A stretch of 33,756 nucleotides of DNA from Clostridia bacterium (GTDB taxonomy: Bacteria > Bacillota > Clostridia > Monoglobales > Monoglobaceae): the NCBI GenBank assembly GCA_045542775.1, contig JAZQLR010000023.1, positions 1 through 33,756 of the forward strand. The letters run 5' to 3'. This document shows positions 23,482-32,679 of this stretch, in pieces. The stretch's first letter is position 1. Each line of letters begins with the position of its first letter. Made by a program: the position numbers and the translations under genes. The notes beneath the pieces are model-generated. The model was not told the origin of the DNA. It did no database searches and saw nothing but the letters and a program-made list of their open reading frames with translations.

Positions 23482-24558
23482 TTAAATTCTTGAAATTAGC
23501 CGCATTATATCATTCCATGTCGCAAACACCATAACACCCAGCAAAAGAACCAAACCGATAAAGTGAACAATACCCTCTTTTTCGGGCGGAATGGGTTTTC
23601 TGCGGATTGCCTCAATAATCACAAAGAATATTCTGCCGCCGTCAAGCGCCGGAATGGGCAAAAGATTCATAATTCCTATATTAACCGAAATAAATGACGC
23701 AAGCGACAAAAGCGCAAGGAGACCTGCAAGCATTCCCTTACCCTCTGGCGCAGAGCTTGCCGCATCGTTCACCGCCGAATTCATCGCATCAACCACGCCG
23801 ACAGGTCCGGACATCTCGCCGACACCTACCTCGCCGCTTATCAGCATCCCGAGCGATACAAACACAACCTTTCCCATCCACACTGTCTGGTAAAAGGATT
23901 CCCGTATTACGCTCACTGCACCAGCCTTTTGCATGGTTGTGGTGATGCCCAGCAGATACGCGGGGCTTCCGTCGGTGTACTTTGCCTCAATCGGTTTAAA
24001 GGGAAAGCTCAGCTTTTCGCCGTCACGCTTTACCGTAACCGTACACTCGCCACCATCGTATCTTTGCATTGCAAAGTCAATATCACGCTTGATATTAATT
24101 TTGCTATCGTTTATGGCAACAATTCTGTCACCGGGTTGCAGCTCGCCGTAAAGTGCCGATTGCTCAATGACAGTATCCACGGTGGTTGTGGGAATTCCGC
24201 TGCCCTGATAGAACACCGAAACAAAGATTGTAAAAATCAAAAAGCCTAAGATTATATTCATCGCCGAGCCGGCAGCAAGGATTATAAGCTTCTGCCACCA
24301 CGGCTTTGCGGAGAATGAGCCGGCATCGTCGGATTGTTCGTCCTCGCCCTCCATACTGCAAAAACCGCCCACGGGGATTGCCCTTATGGAGTACTTGGTA
24401 TCACCTTTTCCCTGCCGTGAATAAATCTGAGGACCCATACCGATAGCAAACTCGTGAACCTTAACACGAAACAGCCGTGCCGTGAGAAAGTGACCCAGCT
24501 CGTGAACAAATATTATAAGCGAGAATAAAAGAATTGCAAATACTATTGTCCAAATCAT
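23482..24558 (-). CDS. rseP: RIP (site-2) zinc metalloprotease RseP/RasP
   Basis: HELGH zinc motif in TM1, a central PDZ region, and NLLPIPALDGG. Confidence 0.93.
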   Translation of the reverse strand: MIWTIVFAILLFSLIIFVHELGHFLTARLFRVKVHEFAIGMGPQIYSRQGKGDTKYSIRAIPVGGFCSMEGEDEQSDDAGSFSAKPWWQKLIILAAGSAMNIILGFLIFTIFVSVFYQGSGIPTTTVDTVIEQSALYGELQPGDRIVAINDSKINIKRDIDFAMQRYDGGECTVTVKRDGEKLSFPFKPIEAKYTDGSPAYLLGITTTMQKAGAVSVIRESFYQTVWMGKVVFVSLGMLISGEVGVGEMSGPVGVVDAMNSAVNDAASSAPEGKGMLAGLLALLSLASFISVNIGIMNLLPIPALDGGRIFFVIIEAIRRKPIPPEKEGIVHFIGLVLLLGVMVFATWNDIMRLISRI

Positions 24559-25697
24559 ATTTTATGCTCCAATCTTACCGACCTGTCAATTTCTATTATA
24601 TCCTCAATTGTGAAATTTAATTTGTTTTCATATTTACTCAAAACCGACTCTACATATTCCCCAATTTCTAAAAAGCCGATTTTATCACGGAGAAACGCCG
24701 CAACCGCAACCTCATTGGCAGCATTCAGTACGGTTGGCATAATTCCGCCCATCTTTCCGGCTTTTTTTGCAAGAGCAAGACAGCGGAATGTCTCCTCGTC
24801 GGGTTTTGCAAAGGTAAGCGTCGCAAGCTCTGCAAAATTTACCGATCTGTCGGGGGACGGGAGTCTTTCGGGATAGGTGAACGCATACTGGATAGGATGC
24901 TTCATTGACGGCAGGCTAAGCTGTGCAATAACGCTTCTGTCGCAGAATTCCACCATCGAGTGAATGATACTCTCACGATGAACAACTACCTCAATATCAT
25001 CAAGTTCCACATCAAAGAGCCACTTTGCCTCGATTATTTCAAGGCCCTTGTTCATAAGGGTCGCACTGTCGATTGTGATTTTTGCACCCATCGACCAGTT
25101 GGGATGTTTGAGTGCCTGTTCCTTTTTTATGTCTTTCAGTTCGTCCCTTGTTTTACCAAAGAACGGACCCCCCGAAGCCGTGAGCAGAATTTTTTTAAGC
25201 TCGCCACGGTTTCCGCCGTGGAGAGATTGAAAGATTGCCGAATGCTCGCTGTCAACCGGCAGAAGTCTTACATTATGCCGCTTTACCGCATCGGTAAAAA
25301 GACCGCCAGCCGTAACAAGGGTCTCCTTATTGGCAAGGGCAATATCCTTGCCTGCCTCGATTGCCCTCATTGTAGGGACAAGTCCCGCAAAGCCAACGAT
25401 TGACGAAAGCACCATTTCGCATTTGTCCAAGGTTGCCGCCTCGCAAAGACCCGCCTCGCCTGCGCTGACCTTAACGCTCGTGTCGGCAAGCCGACACTTT
25501 AAGTCACTATACTTTGTCTCGTCTGCAATCACCACAAGTTGCGGCTTATACCGCCGTGCCTGAGCCTCTAAAAGCTCAACATTGGAGTTCCCCGTAATTG
25601 CAAGAACAGAGATGTCCTTTATTCCCTTTAAATCGTCAACAACCTCCAAGGCTTGTGCGCCGATAGAACCTGTTGAACCAAGTATTGAAATATTCAT
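24555..25697 (-). CDS. dxr: 1-deoxy-D-xylulose 5-phosphate reductoisomerase
   Basis: ILGSTGSIGAQAL NADPH motif, LPVDSEHSAIFQ and NKGLEIIEA. Confidence 0.95.
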   Translation of the reverse strand: MNISILGSTGSIGAQALEVVDDLKGIKDISVLAITGNSNVELLEAQARRYKPQLVVIADETKYSDLKCRLADTSVKVSAGEAGLCEAATLDKCEMVLSSIVGFAGLVPTMRAIEAGKDIALANKETLVTAGGLFTDAVKRHNVRLLPVDSEHSAIFQSLHGGNRGELKKILLTASGGPFFGKTRDELKDIKKEQALKHPNWSMGAKITIDSATLMNKGLEIIEAKWLFDVELDDIEVVVHRESIIHSMVEFCDRSVIAQLSLPSMKHPIQYAFTYPERLPSPDRSVNFAELATLTFAKPDEETFRCLALAKKAGKMGGIMPTVLNAANEVAVAAFLRDKIGFLEIGEYVESVLSKYENKLNFTIEDIIEIDRSVRLEHKI

Positions 25698-25700
25698 AAC

Positions 25701-26498
25701 TTATATACCCACCGTATTAAGATAAATATAAACCAACGGAGCAACGGCAATTACGCTGTCGAGTCGGTCTAAAATTCCGCCGTGGCCGGGGAACAGACTT
25801 CCGTAGTCCTTAACACCATATTTACGCTTGATAATGGACGCAGTAAGGTCGCCAATCTGAGAAACGGGCGAAACAATCACGCCCAAAACCGCAAGCTTTA
25901 TATAGTTTATATCCATATTAAATGCCTTGTTAAGAAGCAATCCGTAAAGGAGCATAAATACTATACAGCCTGCAGTTCCACCGATTGAGCCTTCAATTGT
26001 CTTTTTGGGGCTGATTTCAGGGCAAAGCTTGTGCTTGCCGAGGAAAACGCCCGTAAAATACGCAAAAGTGTCAGTCGCAAAAGCACCAATGAACACAATC
26101 CACAAAAGGAGTGTACCGTACTGCAGACCCTTTATATCAATCAAAGTGGAAAGCAGAAACGGGATATACACAAGGCTGAAAATCAAAAGGCCTGCCTCGC
26201 TGACGCTAACCGTTTTGTGGCATTTGAGCATTATACCAAAAACCGTAATCAGACCGATATAGAAAAGCGGCATATAAAGCAAAACCGGAATGTAGGTTCT
26301 GAGGCAAATAGCAATTGCCGTCACAAAGCCAACCACGCAGAGACCACAATGCTCCTTTAATCCGGTAGCCTTAAAGAATTCGTAAAGACCCATAACCGAA
26401 ATGACCGTTACCGCCGCCGAAACAATATAAATGTTTGAAAGCAGAACCCAGGCCAGAAGCGGAATCAGCACAAGAGCTGTTATAATCCTCGTTTTCAT
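25701..26498 (-). CDS. cdsA: Phosphatidate cytidylyltransferase
   Basis: Signature SIIKRKYGVKDYGSLFPGHGGILDRLDS. The ATG at 26498 (MKTRIITALVLIPLL) has a GGAGG RBS; the longer track ORF has none. Confidence 0.92.
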   Translation of the reverse strand: MKTRIITALVLIPLLAWVLLSNIYIVSAAVTVISVMGLYEFFKATGLKEHCGLCVVGFVTAIAICLRTYIPVLLYMPLFYIGLITVFGIMLKCHKTVSVSEAGLLIFSLVYIPFLLSTLIDIKGLQYGTLLLWIVFIGAFATDTFAYFTGVFLGKHKLCPEISPKKTIEGSIGGTAGCIVFMLLYGLLLNKAFNMDINYIKLAVLGVIVSPVSQIGDLTASIIKRKYGVKDYGSLFPGHGGILDRLDSVIAVAPLVYIYLNTVGI

Positions 26499-26631
26499 TT
26501 GTATTCCTCCAATTTGCAAAATAGGCGGATTAAAAAATCCGCCCAACATTTTCATAAAACCATCTGTCTTTTTTATCTCACGGTACAATGAAGTTAAACG
26601 CTATACGCCCTGCCGCCTTTAAATTTAAATC

Positions 26632-26690
26632 GTAGGGTTCGGCGATTTTCGACGAACCCCTTACGGCACATCCTAAAGGCTGTGCCCTAC
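26632..26690. repeat. Dispersed structured repeat, family C (inverted relative to 6323-6383)
   Basis: gtagggttcggcgattttcgacgaaccccttacggcacatcctaaaggctgtgccctac, the reverse complement of the 6323-6383 copy with a few substitutions. Confidence 0.8.
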
Positions 26691-26726
26691 ATAAAACGGC
26701 TGTAAAGTTGTGGTTTTTACCAGATA

Positions 26727-27470
26727 CTATACTTTTCCAAATCTACGGTTTCTCTTCTGATAGTCAAGCACCGCACGCTCCATATCCTTTTCGGAAAAGT
26801 CCGGCCAGTTGATACTGTCAAACCAGAACTCCGCGTATGCCGCCTGCCATAAAAGGAAGTTGGAGAGCCGCACCTCGCCGCTGGGACGGATTATCAAATC
26901 AAGCTCGGGCACATCCTTGGTATACATCAGGCTTGACATATACTCCTCGGTGATGTCCTCCGCTTTTATCTCGCCGCTTAATGCAGCCTCTGCCGCAAGA
27001 CGGGTTGCACGGCAGATTTCATCTCTGCCGCCATAGTTAAGCGCAACATTCAGCACAAGACCCGTATTGGTTGATGTATAACTTTCGGCATAGTCAATCG
27101 CCTTGTTTATTTTATCGGAAAGCGCACTGCGGTCGCCAATTACACGCAAGATTACATTTGTTCCGGCAAACTGCTCCTCCACCTGCTGAAGATACATATA
27201 AAGCAGCTCCATAAGCGCATCAACCTCAGCCTGAGGTCTGTTCCAGTTCTCGGTGGAAAATGCATAAGCCGTGACGCTTTTAACCCCGATTTTGTTGCAG
27301 TATACAACAATCTTTTTAAGGGTTTCCGCTCCGGCACGGTGCCCCGCACTTCTTGGCAGACCACGCTTTTTTGCCCATCTGCCGTTGCCGTCCATAATTA
27401 TCCCTATATGCTGCGGAATATTGGACATATCTAAGCTTTCCGAAATTTTATGTTTTTTAAAAAAGAACAT
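26727..27470 (-). CDS. uppS: Isoprenyl transferase (undecaprenyl-diphosphate synthase)
   Basis: HIGIIMDGNGRWA and RLSNFLLWQ motifs. The start is 3 nt after the frr stop. Confidence 0.93.
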   Translation of the reverse strand: MFFFKKHKISESLDMSNIPQHIGIIMDGNGRWAKKRGLPRSAGHRAGAETLKKIVVYCNKIGVKSVTAYAFSTENWNRPQAEVDALMELLYMYLQQVEEQFAGTNVILRVIGDRSALSDKINKAIDYAESYTSTNTGLVLNVALNYGGRDEICRATRLAAEAALSGEIKAEDITEEYMSSLMYTKDVPELDLIIRPSGEVRLSNFLLWQAAYAEFWFDSINWPDFSEKDMERAVLDYQKRNRRFGKV

Positions 27471-27473
27471 AAA

Positions 27474-28016
27474 TTATACCTCTAAGATTTCCTTTTCCTT
27501 TGCAGCCACGATTTCGTCAATCTGTGCTACAAACTTATCGGTAAGCTTCTGAATTTTGGTTTCAAGATTTTTGAGGTCGTCCTCGGTAATCTCGCCGTCC
27601 TTCTTCTGCTTTTTGAAAGCTTCAAGTGAATCTCTGCGGACATTGCGGACTGCAACTTTGCATTCCTCGCCACGCTTTGAAATGCCCTTTACCAGCTCTT
27701 TTCTTCTCTCCTCAGTAAGCGGGGGGAAGTTAAGACGAATCATCTTACCGTCGTTGTTGGGGGTAAGACCGATATCGGATTTCAGAATTGCCTTTTCAAT
27801 CTCGCCAAGGATTGATGCATCCCAGGGCTGAATTGTGATTGTTCTCGGCTCGGGAACTGCAACAGTGCCTACCTGCTGAACAGGTGTTGCAACACCGTAG
27901 TATTCAACTGTTACTTTGTCTAAAATTGCAGGGTTTGCTCTGCCTGCTCTGATTGCCGCCAAATCGTTCTGGAGTGCGGCGATTGCCTTGTTCATTCTTT
28001 CTTCTGCGTTTTGCAT
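27474..28016 (-). CDS. frr: Ribosome recycling factor
   Basis: 180 aa with ...RAGRANPAILDKVTVEYYG... and ...LTEERRKELVK... Confidence 0.95.
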   Translation of the reverse strand: MQNAEERMNKAIAALQNDLAAIRAGRANPAILDKVTVEYYGVATPVQQVGTVAVPEPRTITIQPWDASILGEIEKAILKSDIGLTPNNDGKMIRLNFPPLTEERRKELVKGISKRGEECKVAVRNVRRDSLEAFKKQKKDGEITEDDLKNLETKIQKLTDKFVAQIDEIVAAKEKEILEV

Positions 28017-28037
28017 AACTTAAATCCACCTTTCAGA

Positions 28038-28742
28038 TTATTTTACTATTGTTCCGATTGTCTCGCCCTCTACGGCACGCTTGATGTTTTCGGGGTCGCT
28101 GAGACCAAATACAAGAATCGGGATATTGTTGTCCATACAAAGTGATGTTGCGGTTGAGTCCATAACGCCAAGACCGCGGTTGAGAACATCAATATAGCTG
28201 AGTGAATCGAATTTTACAGCATTGGGGTTGAGATTGGGGTCGCTGTCATAAACTGCGTCAACCTTCTTTGCAAGGAGAATAATCTCTGCATCAATTTCCG
28301 CCGCACGGAGTGCCGCAGTTGTGTCGGTTGAGAAGAACGGGTTGCCCGTTCCGCAGGCAAAAATAACAACTCTGCCCTTTTCCAGATGACGCATAGCCTT
28401 GAGTCTGATATAAGGCTCTGCAATCTGGCGCATTTCAATCGCTGTCTGAACACGGGTGGGAACGCCCTGCTGTTCGAGCGCGTCCAGAAGTGCCAGAGAA
28501 TTGATAACTGTTGCAAGCATACCCATATGGTCGGCACGGGTTCTGTCCATGCCCTCGCCTGTTCTGCCGCGCCAGAAGTTACCGCCGCCTACAACGATTG
28601 CGATTTCGCAGCCCATCTCTGAGCATTCCTTAATTTTTGAAGCAATGGTGGTGATGGTTTTGTTGTCAAGGCCAAAGCCCTTGTCGCCTGCCAGTGCTTC
28701 ACCGCTGATTTTCAGCATAACTCTTTTGTACTTGAGTGCCAT
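28038..28742 (-). CDS. pyrH: UMP kinase
   Basis: [22 protein letters not shown] and [11 protein letters not shown]. The ATG at 28742 has GGAG 8 nt upstream. Confidence 0.94.
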   Translation of the reverse strand: MALKYKRVMLKISGEALAGDKGFGLDNKTITTIASKIKECSEMGCEIAIVVGGGNFWRGRTGEGMDRTRADHMGMLATVINSLALLDALEQQGVPTRVQTAIEMRQIAEPYIRLKAMRHLEKGRVVIFACGTGNPFFSTDTTAALRAAEIDAEIILLAKKVDAVYDSDPNLNPNAVKFDSLSYIDVLNRGLGVMDSTATSLCMDNNIPILVFGLSDPENIKRAVEGETIGTIVK

Positions 28743-28807
28743 ATTGATTTCTCCATTCCGCCGAAAACGCATATTCCGGCAAATATATTAATTTAGCATA
28801 TTTACAT

Positions 28808-29317
28808 TTATTCCGAAATATCGATTACCGTAACGGGAGCATCTACATCCTCGGGGGTTTCCTCCCCGGTGCTGGTCTCGGTCTCGGGAGCAAAGTCGCC
28901 GCTTGCCTCGTTTGTCTCCGGCTCAGGTGTAGCTTCCTCGCTACTCTCAGGTGTCTGGGTCGCAGGGGTCTGTGGCTTTTTATCCGGCTGAGTCTCAGTG
29001 CTTGGTGTTGTTACAGCAGGTGTTGTAACCGCCGGTTGGCTTGTTGCCGAATTCTTATACTTATCGACCTTTGCCTGAAGAACATCATTTTCGTCCTCAA
29101 GGGTCTGTACCTGCTCTTTGAGCTTTTCGTTTTCCTCCACCGTATCAGCATCGCTGACGGTCATAAAGTTGATGGGATTTACAATGAGCGTAAACGCCAG
29201 TATAAACGAAATCAAAAATGCCATAACTGTTCCAAAGGCGATGCCTATGCCCACCAGTATTTTTTTTGTCTTAGGTGACATTTGCGATTTTTCTTTCAAT
29301 ATAATCAAACCTTTCAT
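28808..29317 (-). CDS. Membrane-anchored coiled-coil protein with T/P/E-rich low-complexity tail (possibly FtsB/DivIC-like; hypothetical)
   Basis: One TM segment (ILVGIGIAFGTVMAFLISFILAFTLIV), a heptad-like segment (ENEKLKEQVQTLEDENDVLQAKVDKYK) and an acidic T/P-rich C-terminus. The start is ambiguous (29317 or 29281), and both have weak RBSs. Confidence 0.6.
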   Translation of the reverse strand: MKGLIILKEKSQMSPKTKKILVGIGIAFGTVMAFLISFILAFTLIVNPINFMTVSDADTVEENEKLKEQVQTLEDENDVLQAKVDKYKNSATSQPAVTTPAVTTPSTETQPDKKPQTPATQTPESSEEATPEPETNEASGDFAPETETSTGEETPEDVDAPVTVIDISE

Positions 29318-29401
29318 ATGGTTTCAAGCCATAAATTCACTTACTAAAGAGTATACCATACATTTGTCAACTATTCAAGACTTAATAGAAAATTTACAAA
29401 C

Positions 29402-29428
29402 AAAAAACGGTCACCGAAATGACCGTTT
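29402..29428 (-). terminator. Intrinsic terminator of ytvI (after the family A element)
   Basis: Minus strand reads ataAACGGTCAtttcggTGACCGTTttttg. Confidence 0.7.
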
Positions 29429-29450
29429 ATATTCAATTCATTATGGCAAA

Positions 29451-29552
29451 GATAAAATAGTGCAAAACGGATAAGCCAAACCCGCAGGGGCACCCGATGG
29501 CGTACAAAGGTACGCCGAGCGGTGACGGATTGTCCGTTTGGTGCATTTTATC
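29451..29552 (-). repeat. Structured 3'-UTR element, family A (copy after ytvI)
   Basis: On the plus strand: gataaaatagtgcaaaacggataa-gccaaaCCCgcaGGGgcaCCCGAtGGCGTACaaagGTACGCCGAGCGGtgacgg-attgtccgtttggtgcattttatc. The outer arms pair over about 22 nt. Confidence 0.7.
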
Positions 29553-29559
29553 AAAGCCA

Positions 29560-30654
29560 TTACTCTTTCCACAATCTGATTTTTCCTGCCTTATGCAAGC
29601 CAACTAAAATAGTGGTAAGAATGGGTATACCTATCATTCCGGCAACGCCGAAGAGACGGTAGCCGAGGTAGATTGCGATTAATGTTACCACGGGGTTTAA
29701 CCCTAGCTGGTCGCCCACGATTTTCGGCTCGGTGAAGTTTCGCACAACCATTATCACGACATAAAGTATTACAAGACCGAGTGCAAGAACAAAGTTTCGG
29801 GTCAGAAGTCCCCAGATTGCCCAGGGGATAAGCACGCCGCCCGTGCCGATTACCGGAAGAACATCGGCTACTGCAATTATTGCCGCAAGGCCGATAGAGT
29901 TTTCTATGCCGAGGATTGACAAACCGATTGAAAGCTCGGTAAATGTCATAAGGAATATTATCAGATACGCACGCAGATAACGGAGTACGGTTTTGCCTAT
30001 CTGCTGCTTTGCATCACTGAGGAATACTGCCGTTTTGGGCGGAAGCTGCTTTTTGAGAAAGTCCATAATTCCATTGTAATCCATTGCAATAAATACCGAC
30101 GCAAGAATGGTGAACACAAACGAAATCAAGAAGAACGGAACCGACTTTGTCATACCCGCAAGGCTTGACACCATCCCTGTCGAAAGGCTTATTACAAAGC
30201 CACGGGCGTTATCCGCAAAGCTTTCGAGCATAGAATAGACTTGCTGCAGAGTCTCGGGCGAAATGCGAGCCGCAAGGCTCTCCATCGACAAAGCTATCGA
30301 GTTGATAAACGGCAGAATACTGCTGTCGTAGTACCCGGGCAATTTTACAAAGAGGTCTCGAATCGACTCGTAAATTCTTGAGCCGAGTGCCCAGATAACA
30401 AAAACCAATAGCGCATATTCCAGAATAATAACCAAAAAGCCGCAAAGTTTTTTATTCAGCCGCGTCACCTTATGAACAGCGGCAATCGCAGGTCGCGCAG
30501 CAAAGGCAATTATAAAGCCGATAATAAACGGCATTATCCACTTTGCAACATATTTAAAGCACGCAACAACAAGCAGTGCAATTATCGCAATATACACCGC
30601 ATTTATGATAAATTCTCTGCGTTTTTCAACTTTTTCGTTTTGCACATTCTTCAC
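29560..30654 (-). CDS. ytvI: Sporulation integral membrane protein YtvI (AI-2E transporter family)
   Basis: 364 aa, polytopic, with an AI-2E-like architecture. The N-terminal region ...FIINAVYIAIIALLVVACFKYVAKWIMPFIIGFIIAFAARP is typical of YtvI. Confidence 0.7.
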   Translation of the reverse strand: MKNVQNEKVEKRREFIINAVYIAIIALLVVACFKYVAKWIMPFIIGFIIAFAARPAIAAVHKVTRLNKKLCGFLVIILEYALLVFVIWALGSRIYESIRDLFVKLPGYYDSSILPFINSIALSMESLAARISPETLQQVYSMLESFADNARGFVISLSTGMVSSLAGMTKSVPFFLISFVFTILASVFIAMDYNGIMDFLKKQLPPKTAVFLSDAKQQIGKTVLRYLRAYLIIFLMTFTELSIGLSILGIENSIGLAAIIAVADVLPVIGTGGVLIPWAIWGLLTRNFVLALGLVILYVVIMVVRNFTEPKIVGDQLGLNPVVTLIAIYLGYRLFGVAGMIGIPILTTILVGLHKAGKIRLWKE

Positions 30655-30681
30655 CCTCTCGGCAAAAAATAATTTTTATAT

Positions 30682-30710
30682 ATTATCCCACACAAGCCGC
30701 CGTTTGTCAA
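30682..30710 (-). promoter_or_regulatory. Sigma-A type promoter (extended -10) upstream of ytvI
   Basis: Minus strand reads TTGACA - 17 nt (ending TGg) - GATAAT, then RBS GAGGGTG. Confidence 0.55.
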
Positions 30711-30735
30711 GGGTTGGGAAAGGGCCTATTTCCAA

Positions 30736-30811
30736 AGATTCTTCACTTCGTTCAGAATGACACTTCATTCTGATTCACTTATTGTCATTCTGAGGCATAG
30801 CCGAAGAATCT
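30736..30811. repeat. Inverted pair of family D repeats (potential long hairpin)
   Basis: agattcttcacttcgttcagaatgaca (30736-30762) is the reverse complement type of attgtcattctgaggcatagccgaagaatct (30781-30811). Confidence 0.75.
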
Positions 30812-30914
30812 AAAAAAATTATCACAATTTGAGATAACTCATTGACAAGTATTTAGACAAGAATTATAATAGCTTTGCGCTGCTCCGATTGTCGCCAGCA
30901 AATCCATAGGCACA

Positions 30915-30945
30915 CAAAAACACCCGGACAAATTGTCCGGGTGTT
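30915..30945 (-). terminator. Intrinsic terminator of rnpB
   Basis: Minus strand reads ACACCCGGACAatttGTCCGGGTGTttttt. Confidence 0.8.
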
Positions 30946-30956
30946 TGCTTTTAAGT

Positions 30957-31306
30957 TATGCGGCAGACCTGTAAGCCGAGTTCTGTCTTTTAAGACGGTC
31001 ATCTATCTAAACCGCATATCACTATGCGGCTCAAGCCACCTTCTCGAAAGATGCCGGGCCAGCTTAGCCTTTCATTCAGGTGTTGCTCCGGATGGGGTTT
31101 ACAGCAAGGGTCAGTCGCCAGACCCCGAGTGAGCTCTTACCTCACTTTTCCACCCTTACCTGCAAAAAATACAGGCGGTATATTTCTGTTGCACTTTCCT
31201 TAAAGTTGCCTTCACAAGGTGTTACCTTGCACCCTGCCCTGTGGAGCTCGGACTTTCCTCACGCACAGGATTACTCCTTGTACCCGCGACCGTCCAGTCT
31301 GCCGAG
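30957..31306 (-). ncRNA. rnpB: RNase P RNA, bacterial type A
   Basis: Minus strand contains GAGGAAAGTCCGAGCTCCACAGGGCAG, AGTGCAACAGAAATATACCGCC, GGTAAGGGTGGAAAAGTGAGGTAAGAGCTCAC, GTAAACCCCATCCGGAGCAA and ACAGAACTCGGCTTACAGGTCTGCCG. P1 pairs CGGCAGAC.. at both ends. Boundaries are good to about 10 nt. Confidence 0.92.
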
Positions 31307-31386
31307 GATGACCTGCGAAAAAAGTGCAGGCCATCTATGCGCCTATTCGCATTTACTTTTCCCGAGATGCTTTAAAAAATGTTGCA

Positions 31387-31448
31387 GGGTGGTTAAACAC
31401 AGCCCGACGCTGTACTTTGTGTACTGCGAGTGGCGTGGTTTGACCGCC
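31387..31448 (-). repeat. Structured 3'-UTR element, family A (minimal copy after serA)
   Basis: On the plus strand: gggtggttaaac-acagCCCGAcGCTGTACtttgtGTACTGCGAGTGGcgtg-gtttgaccgcc. It has the outer arms and the GTAC hairpin with the conserved CCCGA/GAG.GG flanks, but lacks the second hairpin. Confidence 0.6.
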
Positions 31449-31471
31449 TATGCGCATTTTTTATGCATCCT

Positions 31472-32641
31472 TTACGCCTCTTTGTAAAGACTTACCTTTA
31501 TTACTCCATCGATACTCTTAATATCAGCAAGCATTGTATCTGTAACATCAGTGTGAGTATCAATCATTGTGTAAGCCAGCTCGCCACGGCTCTTATTTGT
31601 GAGATTTTCAATGTTGATGCCGTCTTTGGTGAACACATCTGTAATCTGGTTGAGCATTGCAGGAATGTTCTTGTGTGCGATTGTCACACGAGAGCCTGAG
31701 ACCTTGCCCATATCGCAGTTGGGGAAGTTAACTGAGTTAACGATGTTACCATTCTCCAAAAAGTCCTTAAGCTCCTGAGCTGCCATAACCGCACAGTTAT
31801 CCTCACTCTCGGGTGTTGATGCGCCGAGGTGGGGCAGGCAAACAACTCTATCTGACTTGAGAAGCTCTTCGGTTGCAAAGTCTGTTACATACTCTGCAAC
31901 TGTTCCGTCCTCGAGTGCTGCAAGAACTGCGTCTGTGTCAACCAGCTCTGCTCTTGAGAAGTTGAGGAGTCTTACACCCTTTTTAACCTTTTTGAAGAGC
32001 TCCGCATTGAACATACCCTTTGTGTCCTTTGTTGCAGGAACATGGATTGAGATGTAATCACTCTTTGCAAGAACATCATCAACTGTCTTTGCGTGCTCTG
32101 CAGCACGGGTCATACGCCAAGCAGCATCTACTGAAAGGTAAGGGTCGTAACCGATAACATTCATACCAAGTGCGTGAGCCGCATTGGCAACACGGATACC
32201 GATAGCACCAAGACCGATAATACCAAGGGTCTTGCCCTGAATTTCGGGACCTGCGAAGTTGGACTTGCCCTTTTCAACCAGCTTTGAAACCTGGTCACCC
32301 TCGCCAATTAATGTCTTTGCCCAGTTGATACCCTGAACAACCTTTCTTGACGCAAGCAGAAGACCTGCAATAACAAGCTCCTTAACCGCATTTGCGTTTG
32401 CACCGGGTGTGTTGAACACAACGATACCCTTTTCGCTGCACTTTTCAATCGGAATATTGTTTACACCGGCACCGGCACGGGCAACAGCTGCGAGTGATTC
32501 AGGCAGTTCCATCTCGTGCATATTGAAGCTTCTGAGGATTATACCATCAGGATTTTCAACTTCGTCACCGTATGTATACTTGTCGTCAAATACATCAAGA
32601 CCGATTTTTGCAATCTTGTTTAATGTCTGTACCTTATACAT
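31472..32641 (-). CDS. serA: D-3-phosphoglycerate dehydrogenase (with C-terminal ACT domain)
   Basis: 389 aa with a 2-hydroxyacid dehydrogenase NAD motif (GIIGLGAIGIRVA) and a catalytic ...PHLGAST... region. It sits downstream of serC. Confidence 0.9.
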   Translation of the reverse strand: MYKVQTLNKIAKIGLDVFDDKYTYGDEVENPDGIILRSFNMHEMELPESLAAVARAGAGVNNIPIEKCSEKGIVVFNTPGANANAVKELVIAGLLLASRKVVQGINWAKTLIGEGDQVSKLVEKGKSNFAGPEIQGKTLGIIGLGAIGIRVANAAHALGMNVIGYDPYLSVDAAWRMTRAAEHAKTVDDVLAKSDYISIHVPATKDTKGMFNAELFKKVKKGVRLLNFSRAELVDTDAVLAALEDGTVAEYVTDFATEELLKSDRVVCLPHLGASTPESEDNCAVMAAQELKDFLENGNIVNSVNFPNCDMGKVSGSRVTIAHKNIPAMLNQITDVFTKDGINIENLTNKSRGELAYTMIDTHTDVTDTMLADIKSIDGVIKVSLYKEA

Positions 32642-32679
32642 TTATATCAAACTCCTTTTTTGCCTTGCGGCAATATAAA

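Noticed and set aside
30875-31487. Two plus-strand ORFs (85 aa and 135 aa)
   Set aside because: They lie on top of the RNase P RNA gene and its terminator, whose conserved motifs are unmistakable on the minus strand. They are artefacts of a non-coding region.
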